37,496 nucleotides of DNA from a virus: positions 1 to 37,496 of the IMG/VR virus record IMGVR_UViG_3300045988_016114. The stretch is one strand, 5' to 3'. Made by a program: the position numbers and the translations under genes. Shown here piece by piece: positions 25,599-33,202 of this stretch. Position 1 is the stretch's first letter. Every line of letters begins with the position of its first letter. The notes beneath the pieces are model-generated. The model saw nothing but the letters and a program-made list of their open reading frames with translations. It was not told where the DNA came from and made no database searches.

Positions 25599-26922
25599 TT
25601 TCCACCTCTTCAATCAGGTATTTCATGTCGCGTTCGATCGTGTACTCAAACGCATCCAAGCTGTCAATATCAGTGCTGCCATCGTCCAGACGTTCGTCTT
25701 TCCCTACTACCTCTTTATTCCAAACGGCATCCGAAAAGGCAGTTTGCAGAGATTCGCAGTCTTTTGTAATAAAAAACCGCCTAGCCCCCATGAGCTTGAC
25801 GGTACATCTAATTCTGTCATTTATCGGTCTTTTCTTTGCGGGTCGGACGCTAATCCACGGAAATTCTTTTTCTACGGCGTTTCGGATGGAATTACCGAGG
25901 ACTGTTTCTGCGTTGTCCCAGTATACGGATTCTACGTTGCAGTATTGTACATAGTCTCCGCTTCTCACGCATATAGAGTAATCATCTATTACTTCTCGGA
26001 TAAATTCGCAAAACAGCTCATTCAGTCTGTTGCTGTCGATGTCTTCTTTTTCATCTTTTGCCATGATTCTGCGGGATTTTAAAGCGATTACGTTTCTGTA
26101 ATCATCTGTATATCCTCTTGCCACAAAAGAATGGCCGGACTGATTTCCACCAAAGTCCAAGCCAATCTCGATAGATGTGATATCTTCCTTTCGAAACTGC
26201 TTATGTGCTGGATCCGGCGTAAACTCATCTACAATTTCACACCGGAACGCTTCTGGATTATCTGCAAACCGCTTGTAGATAGAGCCGTCAGCTCTTTTCC
26301 AAAGTCCAAGGATAAGGCGATCATAATAGATTGTGCCTTCGTATTCCTTGCAAAGCTGCTTTACATACTCCTCCGGCAAAAACGGGTTGTCAAAGATTGT
26401 GTATTTCTGCAAGTAGATGTCTAGCTCCGGATTATCAATGAACTCTTTGAGCCAATGCGTTGGATGTTCCGGGTTGCAAGCTCCGTCGAAGCACGAATAC
26501 GGCTTATCTAAACGCGATTTAAGCATCTGGAATACTTCTTTGTTCCACTTCGCTATCTCATCTCCATAACAATATTTAATAGATGAGCCTTGAATTTTAG
26601 CAACCTGACTGACTTTCTCTGCGCCAAGGCAATAAACCTCTTCTCCGAATAAATAAGCTGTATTGCGGCTGTTTATAGTCCCCACACGCTTATCGGTATA
26701 TATTTCTCTAAGCGGTTGCAATACATTTCGCTCAATCGTGTCCCTCGATACTCCCAATATAACCGTAAGTCCCGGCTTTCTTAGTCTCTCGATTATTCTA
26801 ACCGGAATTACCGCCGACGTATCTACAAACGATTTTCCCGAACGAACGGCACCTGACTTTATATTCCATCGGTGTGTGGACTGTTTCGTATACTCAACTT
26901 GCTTCTCGCTTAATTTAATCAT
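25591..26922 (-). CDS. terL: Terminase large subunit (PBSX-type)
   Basis: Walker A GAVRSGKS. 443 aa. Overlaps the TerS stop. Confidence 0.92.
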   Translation of the reverse strand: MIKLSEKQVEYTKQSTHRWNIKSGAVRSGKSFVDTSAVIPVRIIERLRKPGLTVILGVSRDTIERNVLQPLREIYTDKRVGTINSRNTAYLFGEEVYCLGAEKVSQVAKIQGSSIKYCYGDEIAKWNKEVFQMLKSRLDKPYSCFDGACNPEHPTHWLKEFIDNPELDIYLQKYTIFDNPFLPEEYVKQLCKEYEGTIYYDRLILGLWKRADGSIYKRFADNPEAFRCEIVDEFTPDPAHKQFRKEDITSIEIGLDFGGNQSGHSFVARGYTDDYRNVIALKSRRIMAKDEKEDIDSNRLNELFCEFIREVIDDYSICVRSGDYVQYCNVESVYWDNAETVLGNSIRNAVEKEFPWISVRPAKKRPINDRIRCTVKLMGARRFFITKDCESLQTAFSDAVWNKEVVGKDERLDDGSTDIDSLDAFEYTIERDMKYLIEEVENV

Positions 26923-27304
26923 GGTTCTTCATCCCTTCAATGAATTTCAGAACCATGTCATTATCTTCGACGTAGTTTTTAGTCGCATACTCGTTTTCCA
27001 TTCGATTGTCAGTATCTATTGCTTTGATCCTATCAGAACATTGGTTGTCTGCATCTCTTGCCATATCTGCAAGCAGCTTTCTTTTTTCCCAGCGCGTTAA
27101 AAGTGCATCGTCCTTTTGCTCTGCTAGAATTTCGTTATACCTTTCCACAACCTTACCAAACAACTCCGATGCCTTACTATCAACTGTTGTATCTTTCCAG
27201 CTCTTTGATTTCGGAAACGCATCTCGGTAAGCCAAACGCTGGCTCATTCCGGATACTAGGTTCTGTACATATTTTTCGTGCCTTGGATTTTTTAATGTTC
27301 CCAT
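26915..27304 (-). CDS. terS: Terminase small subunit
   Basis: NPRHEKYVQNLVSGMSQRLAYRDAF is a TerS-type HTH. Overlaps the TerL start. ATG 27304 follows AAAGGTGGTGA. Confidence 0.8.
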   Translation of the reverse strand: MGTLKNPRHEKYVQNLVSGMSQRLAYRDAFPKSKSWKDTTVDSKASELFGKVVERYNEILAEQKDDALLTRWEKRKLLADMARDADNQCSDRIKAIDTDNRMENEYATKNYVEDNDMVLKFIEGMKNHD

Positions 27305-27345
27305 CTGGCTCACCACCTTTCTTACTTCCTCTGCCTCCCATAGTT

Positions 27346-27699
27346 TTAATGCCCTCTCATTCCTTTTCTTGGTCTAGGAGCAGCTTTAACCCAAGAAATA
27401 TCAAGATCCTTTTCTACTTCCTTCCTTTGCTTCTTATGTTCTTCTTCTAATTTCTTGCGTTCCTTCGCTCCAATCACGCTAGTCTTTGCTCCATTCGATT
27501 CGATTCTATCTTTAAATTCTTTCGGAGTCATATTGTTCGGTATTTCTTGTGGCATTCCGCCCATTCCATTTGTGTAATAGTTTACTCCGCCTTTTGTGTT
27601 AAAAAAATATGTGGTTTTCTCTCCATTAAAGTCCACGGTTAGACCGGCAACTCCGCCGCCAGTTCCAATTCCTCCGCTTTTACTACCTCTACCACCCAT
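27346..27699 (-). CDS. Hypothetical Gly-rich protein (117 aa)
   Basis: Strong RBS AAGGAGG 9 nt before ATG 27699. N-terminus MGGRGSKSGGIGTGGG. Basic C-terminus. Confidence 0.65.
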   Translation of the reverse strand: MGGRGSKSGGIGTGGGVAGLTVDFNGEKTTYFFNTKGGVNYYTNGMGGMPQEIPNNMTPKEFKDRIESNGAKTSVIGAKERKKLEEEHKKQRKEVEKDLDISWVKAAPRPRKGMRGH

Positions 27700-28327
27700 T
27701 ACACTTAGCCTCCTTAAATTTATCCGTAAACGCTTTTACTCTAACGATATTTCCCTTGCATTCGTCAGGGATTCCGCCATAAAAAATAATGGTTTCTGGA
27801 TGCAATCTGTTTATCATTTCTTTGTAACCGGCAACAAACAATTTCTTGCTATCTTTATCTTTCATGCATCCAACACTTGAAACTGCCACCGTGCCGCCCT
27901 CTGGTTCTCCGTCAAAGCACCAGTCAAACGATTCTTTATCGCTCCACGCAATTGTAGGTATTACCTTAATCCCTAGCATCTGCATATATGCGCCAATCCA
28001 GTGTTTGCGATAATGATTATATATCTGCACCGCTTTCGGATAATCCAAATATAGACTAAAGTCAGGTGTTAGCACATAATCAAATTCTTGTAGCATGGGA
28101 ATATATGCATCGATATTCGTCCACAATCTCTGGAATTGATAATCATCAATAAAAAAATGGCAAACTTTACCATTTCTATTTTTCGCCGTTCTTGCGTAAT
28201 TAAACGATATAAACTCATGCTCTCCTTCATAACTTTCCGGATCAAGGCGTGGTATATCGTATTTCCCGCATCCATTAAATACATACTTTTCCAAGTTTTC
28301 ACAGTTTCTCGAATTTGCATATCTCAT
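27689..28327 (-). CDS. DUF4417-like protein
   Basis: TPDFSLYLDYPKAVQIYNHYRKHWIGAYMQMLGIKVIPTIAWSDKESFDWCFDGEPEGGTVAVSSVG matches my recollection of DUF4417. RBS GGAGAG. Confidence 0.6.
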   Translation of the reverse strand: MRYANSRNCENLEKYVFNGCGKYDIPRLDPESYEGEHEFISFNYARTAKNRNGKVCHFFIDDYQFQRLWTNIDAYIPMLQEFDYVLTPDFSLYLDYPKAVQIYNHYRKHWIGAYMQMLGIKVIPTIAWSDKESFDWCFDGEPEGGTVAVSSVGCMKDKDSKKLFVAGYKEMINRLHPETIIFYGGIPDECKGNIVRVKAFTDKFKEAKCNGW

Positions 28328-28342
28328 TTTTACTCTCCAAAC

Positions 28343-28367
28343 AAAAAAATCCAGCCGACAGCCGGAT
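28343..28367 (-). terminator. Intrinsic terminator between the tRNA region and the first packaging-module gene
   Basis: Minus-strand RNA AUCCGGC-UGUCG-GCUGGAU followed by UUUUUUU. The stem has a G.U pair on the minus strand but an A.C mismatch on the plus strand. Confidence 0.65.
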
Positions 28368-28452
28368 ATGTTAAACTTTTAGGACTACTGCATAACATAA
28401 TAGCAAAACCAAACAACGTAACCAAAAGAAAGGAGGTTGCAGTAGTCCACAA

Positions 28453-28525
28453 CAGGCGCAATCGGAATTGAACCGATGACATATGGTTTTGGAGACCATC
28501 GCTCTGCCAACTGAGCTATACACCC
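28453..28525 (-). tRNA. trnW: tRNA-Trp (anticodon CCA)
   Basis: Hand-folded cloverleaf: GGGTGTA TA GCTC AGTTGGCA GAGC G ATGGT CTCCAAA ACCAT ATGTC ATCGG TTCAATT CCGAT TGCGCCT G. All arms pair. The acceptor stem has three G.U pairs. CCA is not encoded. Confidence 0.8.
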
Positions 28526-28746
28526 ATAGGATGCCTTTTATTGACATCCTTTCCCCTATCCGCACTCGAGGACTAAAACACTAAATATAGATCATGTCTA
28601 CTTGTTTACTTGGCAGATCTGCGGATATCTGCCTTTTGTGATATCACATCGTAGCACTTCCACGGCATTCCGGATTTTTAATATTTACCGTGATATGCTA
28701 CTAAGCCATGTGCAGGAGTTGAACCTGCTTATCCATTCATGGCATG

Positions 28747-28772
28747 CAAAACGCCCTGCAAAAGCGGGGCGC
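28747..28772 (-). terminator. Intrinsic terminator after the late-regulator gene
   Basis: Minus strand: CGCCCCGC-TTTT-GCAGGGCG (one mismatch) followed by TTTTG. Confidence 0.6.
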
Positions 28773-28845
28773 CTTAGTGAGAAACAGTGTTATAATCATT
28801 TTCCCTTTTCGGGTATGATACCATATTACCATTTTAAAACCGTCG

Positions 28846-29325
28846 TTACCGTCGTTTTTCAATTTTTTCTAAAAATCTGTTATGTTTACAGCGGCAACTA
28901 TCATCCGTATAGACTTTCTTTCGCTTCGGAAAGGCGCGATTCATCCGATGTGCAACTTGGATCCAGTTTAAATCATCAATGTAGTAAAATCTCAGAATCA
29001 TTCTGATTTCGCTTTTCTCAACTTGTTGTATGTATTCCTCCACTTGTGTTTGCTTTTCGAGCAGATCAGTTTCCAATAACTCTAGCTGTGTAATCTTTCT
29101 TTCATAAGCAGCCTGCTTCCGGATAATTGCCATTGTAGGCTTACCGTGTATCTTCACTGTCCGAAGTGGCTTTTTCCCTTTCTTTCCGCAAGTCACAGAA
29201 TCTGTAACAACTGTCTTATTTAGCCTATCCAGTGCTTTCTTGTCCTCTTGTATCCGTCTTCTAAGGTCTTTAATCTCTTCTTTCATATCTGCGTACTCGA
29301 TTAATATCTGCTTGTCCACCGGCAT
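28846..29325 (-). CDS. Putative late-gene transcriptional activator (sigma-70 region 4-like HTH)
   Basis: C-terminus SEIRMILRFYYIDDLNWIQVAHRMN looks like a sigma region 4 HTH. Coiled-coil N-terminus. Last gene before the packaging module. ATG 29325 overlaps the upstream stop (TGATG). Confidence 0.55.
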   Translation of the reverse strand: MPVDKQILIEYADMKEEIKDLRRRIQEDKKALDRLNKTVVTDSVTCGKKGKKPLRTVKIHGKPTMAIIRKQAAYERKITQLELLETDLLEKQTQVEEYIQQVEKSEIRMILRFYYIDDLNWIQVAHRMNRAFPKRKKVYTDDSCRCKHNRFLEKIEKRR

Positions 29326-29519
29326 CAATCCCCTTTCTCCTTAATCTTCCCACTCAAATCAACTCCCCATTTTCTCAGACATTGTTTTACGCTATACTCT
29401 TGATATGCCGGACGTTTAAATGCTTTTACGGCATTATCCGGAGCTTTATGACTTTCCATTTCATCATAGTGCTGCTCCTGGTCCATCTTCATCTGCCTTC
29501 GGTTTCTTCTATGCTCCAT
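29325..29519 (-). CDS. Hypothetical protein (64 aa)
   Basis: ATG 29519 (MEHRRNRRQMKMD...) follows GGGAGTG. The track start at 29564 has no RBS. Confidence 0.5.
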   Translation of the reverse strand: MEHRRNRRQMKMDQEQHYDEMESHKAPDNAVKAFKRPAYQEYSVKQCLRKWGVDLSGKIKEKGD

Positions 29520-29523
29520 CTCT

Positions 29524-29634
29524 TCACTCCCTTTCGTCTCTAGCGGACCATGCAAGTATGCCAAAGAACAACGTCACCAAAAGAATCATCCCTACTCCAA
29601 TAAGATGCATTACTGCAAATATTACTTCTATCAT
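29524..29634 (-). CDS. 36-aa single-pass membrane peptide
   Basis: MIEVIFAVMHLIGVGMILLVTLFFGILAWSARDERE. RBS GGAGAG 6 nt before ATG 29634. Confidence 0.4.
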   Translation of the reverse strand: MIEVIFAVMHLIGVGMILLVTLFFGILAWSARDERE

Positions 29635-29762
29635 TTTATTCTCTCCATTCTTTCCCATGATACTTTATAATATGCTGTTTTGGTTTTTCTTACTCCTTTA
29701 CCATGTGCTCCTTAAATGTTATAATTGGCTTATCAATTCTTTTTATCTAAGGAGGCATTTCT

Positions 29763-29945
29763 ATGTGTGATTATCAAAAATACGAGTCTTACGAAACATT
29801 TCTGTTATATCAAGAATTTCTTTCCATCCCAGACAATCCATTTTCTTTCCAGCTGCCCGAAGGAATGATGATGACCAGTGATATGATACATACATTCCTT
29901 CAGGCTGCTTACAATGCTAAAGGCCTGTCTATTTTGGATTCTTGA
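29763..29945 (+). CDS. Orphan plus-strand hypothetical protein (60 aa)
   Basis: Strong RBS AAGGAGG 8 nt before the ATG. Extended -10 TGtTATAAT at 29717-29725. Opposite orientation to all its neighbours. Confidence 0.55.
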   Translation: MCDYQKYESYETFLLYQEFLSIPDNPFSFQLPEGMMMTSDMIHTFLQAAYNAKGLSILDS

Positions 29946-30043
29946 TATATGGTTCTGTCTTTAATCTCCATGCTGTCACAACATCGTATATCAACTCTTA
30001 ACTCAATTACTCAACTCTTGTTTGAATCTTGTCTAAACCTTGT

Positions 30044-30316
30044 CTAACTTTCCGTCCAGTCAAGCCTCTGTCCACACCATTTGCAATAATCTTCATAAAT
30101 GTCGAGAGGCTCTATTTCACTGCCGCAATTTTTGCATTCATAAAACTCTCTGTATATTCCGCCAACAACCTCTTTTGGTTTTATTGCTAACTGCTTTTCC
30201 AATGCTTCGATTGCTAAATCGCAATGTTTGGAAGCACCGCGGAATCCTCTTTCTCGCATCTGGATGGATAATTCTTTGAAATCTTCTATCGCTTCTCTAA
30301 CTTTCTTCTCGTCCAT
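30044..30316 (-). CDS. Hypothetical protein with C-terminal CxxC...CxxC zinc ribbon
   Basis: 90 aa. YECKNCGSEIEPLDIYEDYCKWCGQ. RBS GAGGT. Confidence 0.6.
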   Translation of the reverse strand: MDEKKVREAIEDFKELSIQMRERGFRGASKHCDLAIEALEKQLAIKPKEVVGGIYREFYECKNCGSEIEPLDIYEDYCKWCGQRLDWTES

Positions 30317-30327
30317 TTTCTACCTCA

Positions 30328-31212
30328 CTATTCATCTGCAATAAAATCTTTAATATGCATTTGTCCCGGAACATTTTCATCTCCAATCCACCAAGCAAAC
30401 ACATCTTCACCTGTCTTCCATGTATTCTCTTTCCCTCTTCTTTCACGCTCTTTCAACATCCTCTCGAACGCATGTATGTATAGCTTTTTATATTCCGGGA
30501 AATCCTCAAACTCTCTTTTCCTCTTCTTTCCTGCCATCGGACAGCCTATGCACCCAACACGATCATATCCGCATTGGTATAGTTCGCATGTTTCTATTTT
30601 CTCGGAATTTATATATTCCCAGACATCTCTGTGCGTCCAATCGATAATAGGATTCACGACCATCTTATTCTGTTGCATACATAGCTCATTCATTCGTCTT
30701 CGCTTATCGTTGTCATTCATCAACATTATTATCGTGAATTTTTCCTTGTCTTTCTTTTTGTTTGCTATTTTCTCAAACTCTTCTCTTTGCATTCTAGCTG
30801 TGCTTTCATCCCATCTTACTCCAGTTGCAATATACCGATTGGCACATCCGGTTTCTTTCAAAACAGAGCAGCAATATCTCACTAACCTTGTTGGTGGCAT
30901 CAACTTTTCTGGAATCAGCTTCCACATACTTGTTGGTTCGCCCTTATATGTAGGCATTTCAATTTCGCACTTGATCCATTCTGATTCTAATCCGCGAAAC
31001 ACCTTCTGTATATGTCTTACAGTCTGTGGTGCATCCGCAGTTGTATGGCTGTTATGTACTTCAAATGGGATCCCGGAACGCCTAAACAACTCCAGCAGCA
31101 CATCGCTGTCCTTTCCGCCACTATATGCGCATACCAATGGTTTTTTGTAATGATGCAAGCTCATTTCGGATGCCATTCTAATTCTTTCGATTGCCATTTT
31201 TTCTTTGTCCAT
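30328..31212 (-). CDS. PAPS reductase-family PP-loop enzyme (phage type, C-terminal Cys cluster)
   Basis: PP-loop YSGGKDS. ATGVRWDES segment. C-terminal CELYQCGYDRVGCIGCP four-Cys motif. Confidence 0.85.
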   Translation of the reverse strand: MDKEKMAIERIRMASEMSLHHYKKPLVCAYSGGKDSDVLLELFRRSGIPFEVHNSHTTADAPQTVRHIQKVFRGLESEWIKCEIEMPTYKGEPTSMWKLIPEKLMPPTRLVRYCCSVLKETGCANRYIATGVRWDESTARMQREEFEKIANKKKDKEKFTIIMLMNDNDKRRRMNELCMQQNKMVVNPIIDWTHRDVWEYINSEKIETCELYQCGYDRVGCIGCPMAGKKRKREFEDFPEYKKLYIHAFERMLKERERRGKENTWKTGEDVFAWWIGDENVPGQMHIKDFIADE

Positions 31213-31368
31213 TTACTCCTTCTCCTCATACTCCGGGCACTCCACACAATACTCGTACTTATCCACGTCTGCGCACTGCATATTGCAAATATCATTTTCC
31301 GGACATTCTATGCAGCAGCATTCATAATCGCATATACTTGTGTTTGGTGCTTTACATTTGCCTATCAT
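31213..31368 (-). CDS. 51-aa protein with 10 cysteines
   Basis: MIGKCKAPNTSICDYECCCIECPENDICNMQCADVDKYEYCVECPEYEEKE. RBS GAGGTG 8 nt before ATG 31368. Its stop abuts the PAPS-reductase ATG. Below the track cutoff. Confidence 0.5.
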   Translation of the reverse strand: MIGKCKAPNTSICDYECCCIECPENDICNMQCADVDKYEYCVECPEYEEKE

Positions 31369-31380
31369 GTCTGTTTCACC

Positions 31381-31935
31381 TCATTCCTTCTCCGCTACAA
31401 ACTGCCCACATCTTACTTTCCCGCCTTTGCAAGTGCCGCCATTTAAACTATGCCACATACAATCATAGCAACTTAGTTCCTTTTTCATAAAAACGAGCCA
31501 GTGTGTCTTTGCTCTTTTATTTCCTAATATCGGCTTTTCGTTAAACAGTTTTAATATTTCAGACAACTTAATCTGTTCTTCATTCCACTTAAAAATCAAT
31601 GTCCCTTCCGGCTTCAGCACTCTCATGCATTCCGAAAAACCTTGTTTCAAATCCTCTCTCCAGTTCTCACTTAATTTTCCATATTTCTTGGCCAACCATG
31701 CTTTTTCTCCGACTTTCAATAAATGCGGCGGATCAAAAACAACCATGCTAAATGATTTATCGCTAAATGGTATCTTTCTAAAATCAGCAATTATGTCCGG
31801 CTTGACTTCTAATTTCCTGCCATCACAAAGAGTTTCTTCTATTTGCCGACAATCCATAAACAATACATCTGGATTATCTTTGTTAAAGTAAAACATCTTG
31901 CTCCCACAGCAGACATCTAAAATCGGCTTATACAT
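31381..31935 (-). CDS. SAM-dependent DNA methyltransferase (DPPH motif; N6-adenine or N4-cytosine class)
   Basis: Motif I ILDVCCGSKMF and motif IV VVFDPPHL. ATG 31935 lies 7 nt after AGGTGG. The track start at 32004 is GTG inside its own RBS-like sequence. Confidence 0.8.
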   Translation of the reverse strand: MYKPILDVCCGSKMFYFNKDNPDVLFMDCRQIEETLCDGRKLEVKPDIIADFRKIPFSDKSFSMVVFDPPHLLKVGEKAWLAKKYGKLSENWREDLKQGFSECMRVLKPEGTLIFKWNEEQIKLSEILKLFNEKPILGNKRAKTHWLVFMKKELSCYDCMWHSLNGGTCKGGKVRCGQFVAEKE

Positions 31936-32019
31936 TCTTCTTCCACCTTTCTTCCTCATTCTATCCATTCTCTTCTCCATCTCCTCCTGGAAGGAACTAC
32001 ACACCTCTTGCTCATCACT

Positions 32020-32916
32020 CTATTTTTTAAGCTCTTTAAAGATATGTGCTATAACATCAACCGTCCAACCGTTGCCAATCGCTTCAAATCTCCTAGTTTT
32101 AGGAATTCCTTCTGTGTAATTGTCGGGCAACGTTTGAAGCCTTTCAGCTTCGACAGGACTTAATATCTTATAAGTGCTATAATCTGTTTTATCTAGCAGG
32201 ATATTACACTTTGTTTCGGTTCTGCATCTTGGTATAGTCGGTGATTTCCCATCAAGATAATAGAGCCTATACGCTTGTGAAAAATGCCCTTTATTTAATA
32301 GGTCGTATTTCACATAATTTTTCGTTGCGATTGCAGTTTGTAAAATCCTCTCGTCCGTCCTTATAAGTGCTTCATCATATATAAAAATATCTTTCAACAG
32401 AATTCCCTTATCTTGCGGCTGTATGACGTTAGGAATATTTGTCCAGTACAATCTTTTTCTGCGTTGCGCCGATACCAATTCGCTGTTTATCATTATTGGC
32501 TCCACTCCTAATTCGATGGTTATGTTTTCAATAATATTTTTCGGAATTCTATAATTGTTTTCGTATAAAAAATATTTTGGTTTTGCTTCATGTAAGGCTC
32601 TTACATAATGCTTAAACAATTCCCAACCTTCGCCCTGATTGATAAATAATTCCTTTGGGTTTTTTGCCTTGTGATTTTTGCTACAGCTCCAATTCGTGCA
32701 AGGGCTACCACCTATCAGTAAGTCAAACCCTTCATATTTTGTAAAATCTTCTGTTGTTACATTCCCACAATGATCTATTTGCGGATAATTTTTCTTACTT
32801 ACTTTTATCGCATTTTGTTCGATTTCATAAGCCACATATCTTTCAACAAGAATTCCTACTCTTTCAAGTGCGACCATTCCGCATGATATTCCATCAAATA
32901 AACTTAGTACTTTCAT
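32020..32916 (-). CDS. dcm: DNA (cytosine-5) methyltransferase
   Basis: Motif I LSLFDGISCG, motif IV GGSPCTNWS, ENNY, QRRKR, motif X GNGWTV. Confidence 0.92.
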   Translation of the reverse strand: MKVLSLFDGISCGMVALERVGILVERYVAYEIEQNAIKVSKKNYPQIDHCGNVTTEDFTKYEGFDLLIGGSPCTNWSCSKNHKAKNPKELFINQGEGWELFKHYVRALHEAKPKYFLYENNYRIPKNIIENITIELGVEPIMINSELVSAQRRKRLYWTNIPNVIQPQDKGILLKDIFIYDEALIRTDERILQTAIATKNYVKYDLLNKGHFSQAYRLYYLDGKSPTIPRCRTETKCNILLDKTDYSTYKILSPVEAERLQTLPDNYTEGIPKTRRFEAIGNGWTVDVIAHIFKELKK

Positions 32917-33037
32917 TTTATTTCTGAAAGGAAACCCGGATTTTATGTGCGCACAACCTATTTTCCTTTCATTTTATTTTTTATCTTTTCCAAACACATT
33001 ACACGGCTCTTCTGGCCATGTATGTTCTTCCGAAGAT

Positions 33038-33202
33038 TTATTTCTTTTCCCTAACAAAATACACCCTCCCGTACCTCGCACACTTATACCTTCTGCCTGC
33101 ATTAGTGACTCTCTTAAATCTCTCACAGCCACATCTGCACCGCTGTCGATTGCCGTCCTCATCCCTAAGGACAACAGTACGGTTTGTTGTCATAAATATC
33201 AT
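33038..33202 (-). CDS. 54-aa Cys/Arg-rich putative zinc-binding protein
   Basis: MIFMTTNRTVVLRDEDGNRQRCRCGCERFKRVTNAGRRYKCARYGRVYFVREKK. AAGGTGAGAGG upstream. Competes with the TTG-start 66-aa track ORF in another frame. Confidence 0.4.
   Translation of the reverse strand: MIFMTTNRTVVLRDEDGNRQRCRCGCERFKRVTNAGRRYKCARYGRVYFVREKK

Noticed and set aside
28453-28525. Suppressor or recoding tRNA, as in stop-codon-reassigned phages.
   Set aside because: The anticodon is CCA (a normal Trp reader). All three stop codons are used as ordinary gene ends across the genome, and no in-frame stops occur in conserved genes.
28705-28743. The tRNA-like T-arm/acceptor fragment as the attP core, since phages often integrate into tRNA 3' ends.
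   Set aside because: It is about 23 kb from the integrase gene, whereas a repeat-rich attP-like region lies directly next to int. The idea is kept only as a remote alternative.
28602-29006. 134-aa plus-strand ORF across the structured intergenic region.
   Set aside because: It spans two minus-strand terminators, hairpins and the 3' end of the regulator gene. It has no RBS and an implausible composition. The region is better explained as non-coding RNA or regulatory DNA.
32974-33174. 66-aa track ORF between the DnaC-like gene and dcm.
   Set aside because: It starts at TTG without an RBS and has no motif. An overlapping 54-aa ATG-initiated ORF in another frame (33038-33202) has a Cys/Arg-rich zinc-ribbon-like sequence and an upstream purine-rich site. 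Neither is proven.
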